From Takakia lepidozioides (taxonomy: Eukaryota; Plantae; Bryophyta), in contig CM060733.1 of the NCBI GenBank assembly GCA_030704615.1, positions 55,614,001 through 55,678,000 of the forward strand: a stretch of 64,000 bases of DNA, given 5' to 3'. Positions 27,424-40,831 of this stretch are shown here, one piece after another. Every line of letters starts with the position of its first letter. Within the stretch, counting starts at the first letter, position 1. Below the pieces are notes generated by a model. The model worked only from the letters and a program-made list of their open reading frames with translations, searched no databases and was not told the origin of the DNA. A program made the position numbers and the translations under genes.

Positions 27424-27895
27424 TTAAGATGTCGTTGACGACATCTTAAAACATGCATTGTCTATAGTGCACATAGCAATTTTTCGGCATTAAACATAGA
27501 ATTCCATGTATGGAGTGGGTCGATTTAAGGTGGCGTTGACGACACCTTAAATCGATGCCTTTTGGGCTCTTAAAAACTGGACAGTTGTACACTTCTATTT
27601 CTTGTTCTTCTGCAGGTCTTCATTGTTTTGTTGTGCTTCCTGCGGTTTAAGATATCGTCAACGACATCTTAAAACAGGCATTCTTTTCTAGTCCAGCAAG
27701 TCATTTTTTGTCAGACAACAAAAAAATACCATGTGGGCAGGGGTTGATTGAAGATGGCGTTGACGACATCTTAAATGGCTGCTCTTTGGGCTCTGGGAAA
27801 CGGTTGAGTTCAGCATGTCTGCTTCGTGTTCTTTTGCATCTCTTCATTTTTTGTTCAACTTCCTGGAGTTTAAGATGTCGTCAACGACATCTTAA
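27424..27895. repeat. Five copies of a 26-bp palindrome TTAAGATGTCGT(TG/CA)ACGACATCTTAA inside an intron
   Basis: Starts at 27424, 27525, 27647, 27749 and 27870 (spacing 101/122/102/121). A sixth copy lies at 28735-28760 in the next intron. Confidence 0.9.
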
Positions 27896-29526
27896 TCTAC
27901 AGTCTGAAAATCTCCAGTGAACAGGTAAGTTCTTGTGGTCTGTGGGGATATATGCTCTGAGGAGGTTCACTTGTGTGGATGCACGTACTTTTGCTTTGTT
28001 CTTATTCCAGATAAGGCTCTCAGTGATGATCCGGACTTCATTCGTGGATGGGCGAACCCAGACGACGACACCACAATATTCACTGCGGGAATTGTGAAGG
28101 ACTGGGGTCGGGCTCATTACCGCGACTGCAGGTGGTACGTCGACTACCCGAGGCAGTCCACTCCGTGGGAGGAGAACGTCTTGAGGAATCAGAATGAGAA
28201 TGCAGATGCCTTGGCACCCCGGACAGATGAGGAGTTGCAGGCTAGGTTCCTTGCGCAGCTGAGTAAGAAGGAGCCAGCAAAGACGGCCACCCCCACAGGT
28301 GGGAAGAAGCAAAACAAAGGGAAACAGACTGGGGAGGCAGGTGGGTCTGCCGGTGCTGCGGCTGGCATTGATGTTGGGTCAGGCCCTGCAGGGACTGGTG
28401 GGGCAGTTCTTGATCGCCCACAGGCAAATGATCGCATTGTGCGTACAAAGGTCCAGCAGATTTCCCTCCCAGCTGATGAAAGGACTAACCACATGGCAGG
28501 GAAATGCCCTTACAAAGCCCGACTTTGTGTCTCCAGAGTAGTGGGTCCGCACTTCCAGCGGAAAACGGCAAACGTCAGCTTCCTGCGTATGCTGGAGTCC
28601 AGGAAGTCCACATTCACAGGGGTCAAATCTCCTGCATGAGACCATCTCTGCTCTTTCCTCACCCTGGTAATGCCCATGCATCTTTCAACTTTGATTCTCA
28701 TTTCATGACATTGTGGGGTATTGGATTTGGTGGATTAAGATGTCGTCAACGCCATCTTAATCCAGCAGTTCTTTGAACTGCCATTTCCCTGAATAAACAC
28801 CAACCACCCAATTTGATTCGCTTGCATTTGCTTTTGGCAGGTGACCAAGAATCCATGCTGGGTGAACGGTGTCCAGCAGCCCTACGCCGCTGACCTTGTA
28901 ATCCTTGACATCCCGGATGGGCAGCCTGTACTTGATATCATTCCCCCTGCTATGACTCCACACTGGAATGCTCAAAACCCTCTATATTGGCAGTGGGCAT
29001 TCTCTTTTAGCAACAAGTTCCTCTCTGACGCAGGGGGCCTTCTGATATTTCAATCTGACAACATGGCATCCCGCCGGATTCTTCATAGCTACATGAAGTC
29101 CTCTGGGTTCCAAATCAACAAAATATGGACATGTGTTAATACACTGCCTCTGTCAAAGGGGGAGTTTCCAGGGCAGAAGGTATTTCCTGTAACTTTCATT
29201 GTATTTGTTCGTGTTGTCGTGGAATACCCATAGTTGCTGACATATTTCTGTTGGTGCTGGTGCAGACCCATGTGTTCAAGGTGATTTGCCTGTCACGAAT
29301 TCGGCCTGCCAACACTCCAGATTATGTTGGGAATTTCGACGTTTGGGGAGGAGGTCTGCACATAGACCCAGAATGCGACCAGTCGAATCTGATGTTGTTC
29401 ACAACTATGTGGATGCGTCCCAGACTCTGAAAAAGGCTGGAGGAATTCTATGGAGAGGTGCCCGGGAGAAGTCGCCCGCGTTCATGCAGACCTTCATTGA
29501 GACATGCAGCCGGCATGGTGGCAAAA

Positions 29527-30251
29527 TGTCGTGGCCCTTTGCCTTGAGGGCAGGGGGTCGGGACACGGGAGGGGCTGCCCCTGTGGTGGGGGCAGTAGCA
29601 GCGATAGGTACGGGGGCTGAAGCACCCTTGAGGCCCAAGGCACTCAAGGAGGCGGAGGCGCTCACTAGGTGGAGCCCCGCACACCGGGTTGCGGTGGGGG
29701 TGGCTCCACAAGGGGTGGTGGTAGCTTAGCGGGACTTAGTGGGGGTGGCATAGGACTCACCATGAGGTGGAGACCTCGAGGTGGGAGTCGTGGGGAGTCT
29801 TGGGACTCATCACGGTCCAATGGGGCCGCGGTGAGTGGGCCAAGACTCACCGCGACTCACCGCCGGGAGTCGAGGGTTTTCGTGGTGGTTCGCCATAAAA
29901 TGGCATGGCTGGTTGTGAAACCCCCGCGGACAGCTACAGAAGTATATATAGGGAGTAGTAACCCCGAGAACGGTGCAAGCCCGTTGGTGACCAAAAACTA
30001 GTGAGTAAGCGAGCGAGCCGGAAAGCGACCAAAGAGCGGGGAGCTGTTCCGGGCTGCCAACTACCAAAGGGAATTCCCGCTGGTTCCAAATCGGTGGAGG
30101 GTTCTTTGAGAGAACAAAGGGGGACCGTTATGCCCCGGTGAGCAGCCGAAGCTCCAAGTTGGCCCGGGCGGCCAGGTTGGGAGTTAGGCGCGCGCATCAA
30201 AGCGAGTAACTATGACTTGAGGGGGAGCTTACCGAAGTGAGGTGCGCGACA
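29527..30251. mobile_element. Solo LTR (725 bp) inserted in the methyltransferase gene
   Basis: Termini TGTCG...CGACA; flanks CAAAA/CAAAG (5-bp TSD with 1 mismatch). Removing it restores GGC AAA GTG GTT GAC (GKVVD). Confidence 0.8.
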
Positions 30252-32311
30252 CAAAGTGGTTGACCTCTCCATGGGCACAAGTGCGTGCCGAAACTCTTCT
30301 CCATTCTTTGTTACACATGTTCCTCTCTTGTTGTGGCTTGTGACATGGTTTCGTGCTTTCATTTGCTATCCTGCAGGGGCTTCGTTCCATGCCTGCAAAT
30401 ATGCAGGAAGACATCTTTTTGGGTTTGAGGGGGACGAGGAGCTTTACTCTCGGGTCATCGCTCCACTGTCTGAGGGATCCTTGCATTTGACCTAGATTGA
30501 GAAGATTGTGGAGGAGCAATATCTGCAAGAGCCGGATGCCCTGGATGTGGATTCGGATTTTCATGTGAGTAAGTGCATGTTCTTTTGTGGCAACTCATAG
30601 ACCCCATGACGCATCCTTTTGGTGTTTCTTTTTGTTGCTGAAGTTTGGCTTCCAGAGTATTTACGAAGTTTATTCATTATTGTGTGGTTGCAGGAGTCCC
30701 ATGACGCCACGGTTTCTGCCGTTCTTTGCCAACCCGGATTTTTTTCCAAGTCCTCCAGCACAATTTCATTTGCCATCTTATGCGGAGGCTGTGGCTACGG
30801 AGTATAGTCTACTGGCATCTCCCCCTTCTCTGCTTCACGAAAGACATGGTTTTCAGCAGAGCAGGACTAGCGTCTCTGTGGACAGTTCTGCCTTCGTTCT
30901 GAACAGTGCGTCCTGTAGCAGTGGATCTTCTTTGTCCGAATGAATCGATTCTTTGAAGGGTTTGTTTAAAAACCACGAGTTCACCTGTATGCCTTCTTTA
31001 TGACTGGATGTGAGCCTCTCTATCAACCTTGTATAACTGGGAAAATGACATGTGGTCCTTCTCAATCAACAAAGCAATGTGGACTCAATGTTTGCAATAT
31101 ACACTGCACCCGGCATAATTGATTTTCAAGCAAGACAAGCATGGTTTCATGGATTTTGGAGCTAAGGGGTTTTGGGAGCTACCACTACAAACAACTATCT
31201 ATTCTTTCATTTATGTCATTCATCCACTTCTCATTCGTTATACAGACATTCATCCGACATTCATCCCTCATTCATCCAAGCAGCATCCATATCCGAGCTT
31301 GTGATACTGGCCACTCTGCGCAGTAATAGGTCTTCTAAGTCGACTAGACGTCCGCGGTTATAGGTAGGCAGGTCCTCAAGCGTGAGCAGATTTCTGCTCG
31401 CGGGATCTGCTCACACAATAGCATCCCCTTGTCATTATTATGTTGCTTGTCAAAGAAACCACATATGGTAATATCCCTCAAATGACTGGCTATGCTACAT
31501 CCCCCGCCCATTTATCAGTGATACTCCAGACAGTGGGTTGCATGGGGCCATTGCTCCCCTCTCCCACTAGCACTCTCCTCCCCTCCCAACACTCACACGC
31601 CAGTCTGCCCTAAAGGCAACTTGGCTCCTCCATGACAGTCACTAACCACACCCACGAACTTCCATCTGTCACTACATTTCCCCCAGGCACCATACCTACC
31701 CACAGTCACCGTGCACCCCTCCCCCTACTCTCTGACAATCATTCTCTTCCCCGCACTCAAATGGCACATCCATCACCTCATCCAACCCCCTACCCCAATT
31801 CACAATGCAATCCCCCACCACTGCCGCATATATACAATCATGCAGGAACCCTTGCTCTCTGATCACCCATCTTTTACAAGAATTCCCCCCACAACCCTCA
31901 CCGCATGTGCCCTCTTCCTATAGCAAAGGGCATGTTTCGTATTCTTCTCGTCTCATAGCTTACAACATTACACGAACACAATTACTTCCCAAGGTCACGT
32001 ACATCCTTTATTCAGGCAAGTGCACGTCAACAACTCACAGCCAAGCACCAACTCCACACGATCCGATGAATTCTCATTATAGCCCTTTCAACACCCTCAT
32101 AATTTCCTACATCTCTAGTGATTCCAATGGCTACTGGCCTATCTCCACAACCTCCTCGATAAAAACACTCCATAGTATGTTGAAAGTAACAACACCCGCC
32201 TCCGAAGGTGTCACGTACACACTCCTCCCAAAAAGGCTGCTCTTGTCGCCACCCCCTGGCACCACGCACAACCACGATTATTCCAGCCTAATGTGTTTTA
32301 CCTGATTCCCC

Positions 32312-35035
32312 TGTCATGGTTCTAGTCATGGTTAACTAGAATTACCTACTTCTAGTTAATTAGGACATTTTGGATATTTATATTTATATTTTGTGTGTTG
32401 GGACTTCATTTGGTCTCATATGCCAAGTGAGGTGTCAAGCCTCACTTGGAACATGGGGATGGGTTTTCCCTTTGTGAGGGTTGAGGAGGGCTCATTCATG
32501 AGTGGAGTGTTTCCATTGTGTTCACTTTCATCATCACTACAAGAAGATGACCTTATGCTTGTGAGTGCAAAGTGTAAGGGTTAGTATTGCACTTGTATGT
32601 AAGGAGGTAGAGAGCTAGGAGAGCTCTTGTGCTTGCAAGGTATTTTCAAGGAAGGGTGCATGTGAGTTCTATCAAGGGGTTGGAGAGCTCAAGGAGAGAG
32701 CTCTTATGCTTGAAAGGTGTTGCAAGGGAGAGTGTATTTGCATTGCATCAAGGAGGTGGAGAGCTCAAGGAGAGAGCTCTTGAGTTACAAGGCTTTGCAA
32801 GTATTGCAAGGAAGAAAGTCTTGTGTGCGTGGAAGCAAAAGGTTTGAAAGTTTGAGAAGAAGGAGCGTCATCTCTTGTATCTCAAGTGTTGTGACAACCA
32901 TTTGCCAAGGAAGTGGCTTCTATGGTGAAAAGAATGCATTGAGGGTTTGTAGAAGCATTATTGTGCACCAAGGGTTTGAGAGCTTGGAGCTCTTGCATCA
33001 CAAGAGAAGCGTCTTGTGTGTGGAGAAGATAGACACTAGGGTTTCAAGAGCAAGCTCTAGTTGTTCATGGTGTGAAAGAGAAGCCAAAGCGCGGCACATG
33101 CTTGGGTTGGAAACACCATAGAAGGAGTACAACAAGGGTAGCTTGAGGAGCATTAGCTCAAGAGAAGCTAAGAAGTGGTTGTTTTATCCATGGTGAAATG
33201 AAGCCAAGTGGGGTTTCATTTGGCTGACAAACAAGCAAGCTAAGGCGCTAGAAGGGAGTGCTTTTGCTAGTTCTATGAGTTCTTGGATTGCTCTTGGTGA
33301 AGCAAGTGGTTGACCAAGCAAGTGGCGCATGTGTGGAGTAAGCTTTCCAAATGTGGTTTCCAACTTCAAGCTTGAGGAGAGCTATAAGGTGAAATGAGCA
33401 AGTTCATTCATTTGTGTATGAGGTGGTGCATGTGTGGAGCATGTTTTAATTGGCTTAAGCTTTGCCCTTTGAAGCTTGAGAGGAGTGGCTCTTGCGCTAG
33501 CAAGAACAGAGCTTGAATGACCAAGGTTTGAGAGGAGACAAGGCTTGGTGGCTTGCTAAAGGAGGGGGTGCATGTTGTGGAAGAGAAGCTAAGGAGCTAC
33601 ATAGGCTAGGGCTTGAAGACAACAAAAGCAAACACTTGGAGAGCATCAAGAAGCTCAAGATGACCCCAAAGGCAAGCATGTGGGTGAAAATTCTATCCAT
33701 GATGATGTGAAACCAAGCCTAGAGCATTGAAGAGCTTGGAGCACATGTGGGAGATCATTGGAGGTGGTCTTCCTGAAGAAAGGAGATTGTGGCTTAAGGC
33801 ATGCGTAGCAACTTCAACCATACATTAGCATGTGACAAGACAAGGAAGGGGAGGTGAAGCTCATGTATTCATTCCCTTCTTGCTTAAGTTTTGTGGTGGA
33901 TGGTTGATCAAACAAGCGATGCTTATGTGGAGTTTGCTCTTTAGGGCTTATGATTTCAAGTTTGAGAAGATGAGCTCTTGAATAGAGGTGTGGATACACA
34001 TTATTGTGAATGAAGACAACACCTAGGCCAAGAGGTGGAAGTGTGTGTGACTAGCCCATGCAAGGGAAAACACATGGAAGATGGCATACAAAAGTCAAAT
34101 TGAAGCAAGGCTTGGCGCCTGTCATTGGGCACATTAGCTTGCTATGAGTTCCAAGGAGATCATGAGAAACTTGTCAATTTGTGATGAATGCATTGCAAGA
34201 TAAGACAATGCAATCTTGCATGCATGTTAGGGGGGAAGATACCATGAAGAAGGTGTTTTTCACCATCACATAAACTCCTTAAGACTTGGGGTAGAAGCAT
34301 GGATCAGGAGCAAAAATGTGTATGGTGTTTCTTACTATACTCTACAAACCCTAGTCTCCATCCACTTCAAAAACTGGGTATGGCTCATTTTTCCCACCAT
34401 ACAGTTTTGTAATAAGTGTATGGCTCATACTGCCCAGCACACATTTTTGTGAAAAGTGTATGGATACAAGTGGAGAGACTTTGCCTACCTTACGTTTTCA
34501 TTAAAAGTGTATGACATATATGGTGTATCTGGAGGAGTATTGCATTTGGAGGATCTTTGGGGGGTCCTTGGAGGAGCTTTTGGAGGGCACATTGAAGAGC
34601 CTTTGGAGGGCTATTTGGAGGACTATTTGGGGTCCTTGAAGGCCAATATTTGGCAAGTTTGTGGAGTCTTGAGGGCTCTTAGAGAGTTCTTTTGAGAGAT
34701 CATTGAAAGGTAGTCTTGTTTATTACGCAAGTAAGAGAGTGTGGAGATAAAGGTAGTGGGATGAGAGCGTGCTTGGGATTAGGAATTGCTTTAGTCTCTC
34801 TTCTTTGTAGGCTTTCACCCTCTCTATAGGCCAAAACCTTTCCGTAGGTGGAGGCAAGAGTCAGTCTGGGTTTGGGCAAGGGTGTCTTGCAGGAGCGACA
34901 CCGTGCAGTGTTTTTGGTGTGGGGGAGTTACCGTTTTCATTTTCTTGTGTTTGGATACTCTCCACACCTGTATGCCTGAATGTGCGCCATGTTAGCTTTG
35001 TGTGGGCGCTTGTTTTCATAAGAGGTTGGTCCGTG
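32312..35035 (+). mobile_element. Near-full LTR copy of the DNMT-Gypsy family, inverted relative to the element
   Basis: Starts TGTCATGGTTCTAGTCATGG, matching 35482-35300 on the minus strand. 34120-35035 is the reverse-complement homologue of 44490-43350. Confidence 0.7.
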
Positions 35036-35819
35036 TCGTGCACCTAAGCATCGTGCCACAACATACATCATTGTCCACCACACAATCTAAGCACACAATC
35101 CTAGAAAGCTATACCACAATGATAATGGAAGTGAACACACAATGGAAACACTCCACTCATGAATCCACTCAATCACATAAATTAAGTCAAGCCAAGGGCA
35201 CCTTTGCTAAGGGAATCCACCCTACAAAGCCCTCACCGCACTCCCTCTCAATACCTAGAGCTATGGAGGTGGGAGAGGCTCATGGACGCTCAACTACAAG
35301 AAGATGAGCCTCCTCCATCCTCACAAGGGGAAAACCTATCCCCATGTCCCAAGTGAGGCTCGACACCTCACTTGGCATGTGAGACCCAATGACGTCCCAA
35401 CACACAAAATATAAATATAAATATCTAAGATGTCCTAAACTAGAAGTAGGTAATTCTAGATAACCATGACTAAAACCATGACAGCTGCCATGCACCTAAG
35501 CATCGTGCCACAACTACATCACCACACAATCTAAGCACACTATCCTAGAAAGCTATACCACAATCGCCCCCCTAGCCGGTGATTAGGTCCCTCTAACACC
35601 AGATAGCTGACAAGTATCCATCCCAATAAGATCATCGCTTGGTCATCAATCGCCCAAGTCCCACTATCTGAAGTCAATAGATCAAGAGGCCGGGTGCAAA
35701 GGTAGCCCCATCATTACTCGCCTTCTTGCAATCCATGGCTTCAATTGGGTGTCCATGGCATTGAACTCCCGTTAGCTAGACCTTGGATCACTTGTCAACC
35801 TCGTCACTGTCATGCCCCA

Positions 35820-37352
<1,533 letters not shown>

Positions 37353-37443
37353 TGCTAGAATGCATCAAAAGGCAGATGCGTGCCATCCTGGCACCATCTC
37401 CTCATCCGTCTCACCATGCCAACGAGCTCTTGTATCATCAAGC

Positions 37444-38789
37444 TCACTTGTGCATGGATTGCGACTCAATCCATCCGCATCCCGGTTGACTATTCCGGCT
37501 CGATGCACCACCTGGAAGTCGTATTCTTGAAGCATAAGTGCCCACCGTGCAAGCTTCCCTGTAAAGCTTGTCTGACTCCATCAACCACTTCAATGGTTGG
37601 TGATCCGTGACAAGGGTGAAGAGATTGCCATAGAGGTAGCATCTCAAATGTGTCACTGCCCATACTACAGCTAGACACTCCCCTTCATAGGAACTATACT
37701 TCGCCTCGGCATCATTGTTCGAGCGGCTAGCATATGCCACTACGAACTCTCTTCCCTCATCATCCACCTGTGTGAGCACTACTCCAATCCCCAGCATACT
37801 CCAATCCGTATGTAGCTGGAAAGACCCTGAATAGGCCGCCTCAGAATAGGCGCAGAAGTCAATCGAGCCTTGAGTTCCTCAAAGGCTTCCTCCTGCTCCT
37901 CCTCCCACTGCCACTCCTGACCCACCTTGGTCAACTTGGTAAGAGCCTTTGCAATGCTGCTAAATCCCTTGACAAACCGTCGATAGTAGTTTGCCAACCC
38001 CATGAAAGCACAAACTCTGCTAATATCGATGAGGCGTGGAATGCATGCAATGGCCTCCACCTTTGTCTTTTGAATACCCAATCCTCCAGGGTATATCATG
38101 TGGACTTGATACTCAATCTGGTTGTGGAAGAACTTGCACTTCCTAGGGTGCAATTTCAACCCATGCGCTCTCGAGCGCTCAAACACCATATGAAGGTGTC
38201 TCTCGTGCTCCTCAATCATAGCACTAAAGATGATGATATCATCAATGTAGCATCGTGCGAAGTCTAGCCCCGCAAGAATCATATCCATGACCCTCTGAAA
38301 CTCTGCAGGAGCATTCTTCAAGCCAAACGGTAGAAACCGCCATTGGTACAAGCAATCATTCCCATGTTGGTCAATCCCCCATAATGTCGTCTTTTGCTTG
38401 TCCGCCTCTTTGATTGGCAACTGGTGGTAACCGGATCGCAAGTCCAATGTGCTAAACACCTTTGCATGCCCAATGGTATCAAAGATCTCCTCTGGAGTTG
38501 GCACGGCATATCTATCGGACTTAGTCTGACGGTTCACAGGACGGTATTCCCCACACATCCTCCTTTATGTCCAATTGCCATAGATATCCTTCTTAGATGG
38601 CATCACCGTTGTCGAGGCATACTCCCTGCCTGACAACTCCACCAATCTAGCTTCGAACAACTCCATAGTCCGTGACTGGATCAAAGACCTCTTCATATCA
38701 CTATACCTGTATGGCCTTCGAAAAATTGGCGTGTCACTTGCCAAATCAATATGAATCTCTTGGCCCTTCAAACTCCCCAAATCCTTCAA
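37444..38789 (-). pseudogene. pol: Reverse transcriptase and RNase H (Ty3/Gypsy)
   Basis: FSTLDLRSGYHQL, LPFGLKNAPAEFQ, CYIDDIII, VVAYASRSNNDAEAKYSSYEGECLAVVWAV, TDHQPLKWL. Confidence 0.95.
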
Positions 38790-39329
38790 ACCGAAGGCAA
38801 AGCAATTTCTATAAGCCCTTAGACATCGCTGGATCCTCCGTCTCTCTCCTCCGGTGACTGTAGGTCCAACATCTGGTTCCCAGTTGTCCTCAGTGACTGC
38901 AACCTTGGGTACACCAGGCTTGGAAGTAGGAGACGCATCCTTGGGTTGCTAGATAGCAACCTCTTGGGCTTTATCCGCCCACCCTGACCGTGGCGTAGCC
39001 TCCACTTGCTCTGCCATATCCACCTTGAGAACATCCTCTGGGGAAGAAACATTCTCAACCTCTTCAAAAACATTGGTCACTTTGGCCTCCAACTGATCCT
39101 CAGTATTTGGCTCTCCCCACTCCTCATATTTCTGCTTCAGAGATCCAATGACTCTCTCTTTGCGCATCTCATCCCACATCTGCCATGGGTGTTTGCACCC
39201 CACGATCCTGTGCTCACCCCCGCTCACTGCCTCCACCGTCCCAGTTGGCAGAGATGGTGCAATATCCAATGGAAGTGCAGAAGTAGCTACCCATGCTTGT
39301 AATCTCCATTGCTCAGCCATGCACAAGCC

Positions 39330-40275
39330 AATGATCCATGTCAAGCAATTGAGATCCATTGCCTGACCCAACACCTCTCGTCGTGATGCCTCTGACAGAG
39401 CTGGCACAACTGTAGTGCCCGGGCAAATCCCATTGCCTACTCTCATTCATCCGCATTGGGCTCCACCAATTGCTGTAGCACACTGTCCCAAATCAACCCA
39501 GGACCATTGTCTCAAAAAGCATGAGACGAGGGAAAGCTCGTGAGCGTAGGCAAGGCTGCATGTGGCTGCCCCACTCGATTTACCACTGCTAGAGGTGGAC
39601 GGTCATCATGTCGCACCCTCCGTGGTTCCTCCCTTGGTCCAAAATGCCCTCAACTGTGAGATTGGGTGGCCGTTGAATGGAATTGTATGCTCTCTTGAGC
39701 AGCTCTGGTGGTGCAAGATTGGTCCACCATAGTCGAGGTCGATGCGCTCGTGATCCCACCGCTGCTGCATCCAATAGCACCGCCGATCCAATCCAAGACC
39801 GCACCTGATGCACACTGGCCATAACCCTGGCCCGAGAGTCCCCCGTAAGAGGAACATTCTCCGAGATATAGGCTAGAGGTTGCACTTGCCTCGTCTGTAA
39901 GTCACGCAACACTCTCAGCATCTCCCAAAACAAATGCGATCGTGCATCATGCAAGCCATTCCCATGACCTGCGGGAGAGTGTCCTTGGCAAGGCCATCCA
40001 GCTATCACCAAGTCAATGGCATCATGCCGGTCCAAATCATCCGCCCCCAGCAAGGTAATGTCTGTTGGCAAGGCCTTTTGATACTCTTGAATTGCTGAGA
40101 GAGGCAACAACTCAGGATACTGGTGTGTGAGCAAGGCGATGTGGCGCATAGAAATACGCCGAGCTATCTCATCCTTCTCCACATACAAGTACTTACGTAC
40201 TTTAATCCCTGCTTGCAACACTCCTGCAAGCCCATGCTCATGCCTCCAAACATGTCTAGCAAACAAATCCCTGAG
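39330..40275 (-). pseudogene. C5 cytosine DNA methyltransferase domain (DNMT3-like) within pol
   Basis: Motif I LLDMFGGMS(fs)GLAGVLQAG, II YVEKD, IV DLVIAGWPCQG, VI ENV, VIII GSRAHRPRLWWTNL, IX EPNADE*E*AMGF, X RREVLGQAMDL. Confidence 0.9.
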
Positions 40276-40831
40276 TCAAGTGGTTGTCAGGTTATGGGCA
40301 TTGTATCCAAAGGAGCTAACTGAGGAGGTCCGGGTGATGTCACTGAACTCCCCTCACTCACCAATGGATAGGCCTCCTGCCATGCTTGGTGCACACACTC
40401 GCCTGCTACTCGATGCAAAATCCCAACTGTACCCCACAGTGGAATATGAACAGACACATGAGGAAGCAAATCAGCCTTGTATGCCAATTGTTTGTCTTCA
40501 TCAGGTGGTGGCCTATCATCTGCATTGCTATTGCCCTCCAAGAGCTCACCACCCCAAGCCACCACCCCTGAGAATGCAGCCAATGTGGGCATCATGTTCC
40601 TATGATCTACCGCTATATTACATTCCCAATAAACCGTATTGGGAGTAGTGCACGTCGACCATCCCCTGACTGCCATTCCGGCCTGTAGGATGTCGTTTCC
40701 TCTCAAAAGTCCAAAATAAAGCCCATCGGGTAAAGCACAGCCCCACCAACAAGCATATCATAAGATATTGCGTCCGTAATAATGGCTTTAGCTCTCATGA
40801 CAGAGCCATCTGTAGGATGATCTGGCTGCAA

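Larger units (their letters stand above)
27159..30495 (+). pseudogene. Spliced beta-class amino-DNA-methyltransferase-fold gene (copy 1), 5'-truncated and LTR-interrupted
   Basis: ADLVILDIPDG (motif IV position), GGLLIF, WRGAREKSPAFMQTFIETCSRHGGK|VVDLSMGT / ASFHACKYAGRHLFGFEGDEELY (motifs X-I-II after IV, i.e. beta order). Exons align with copy 2 at 59-62 kb and share intron positions. One acceptor is mutated (gcac at 27984). Confidence 0.7.

Noticed and set aside
27424-27895. CRISPR-like array
   Set aside because: Spacers of 75-96 bp show a ~223-bp higher-order duplication; the array lies in an intron; no cas genes.
31420-32311. C/A-rich ORFs such as 31805-32305
   Set aside because: Low-complexity composition with no motif; origin unresolved.
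39330-40275. Host DRM/DNMT3 gene or bacterial contaminant
   Set aside because: Intronless, collinear between protease and RT inside one LTR element, and decayed to the same degree as the flanking pol domains.
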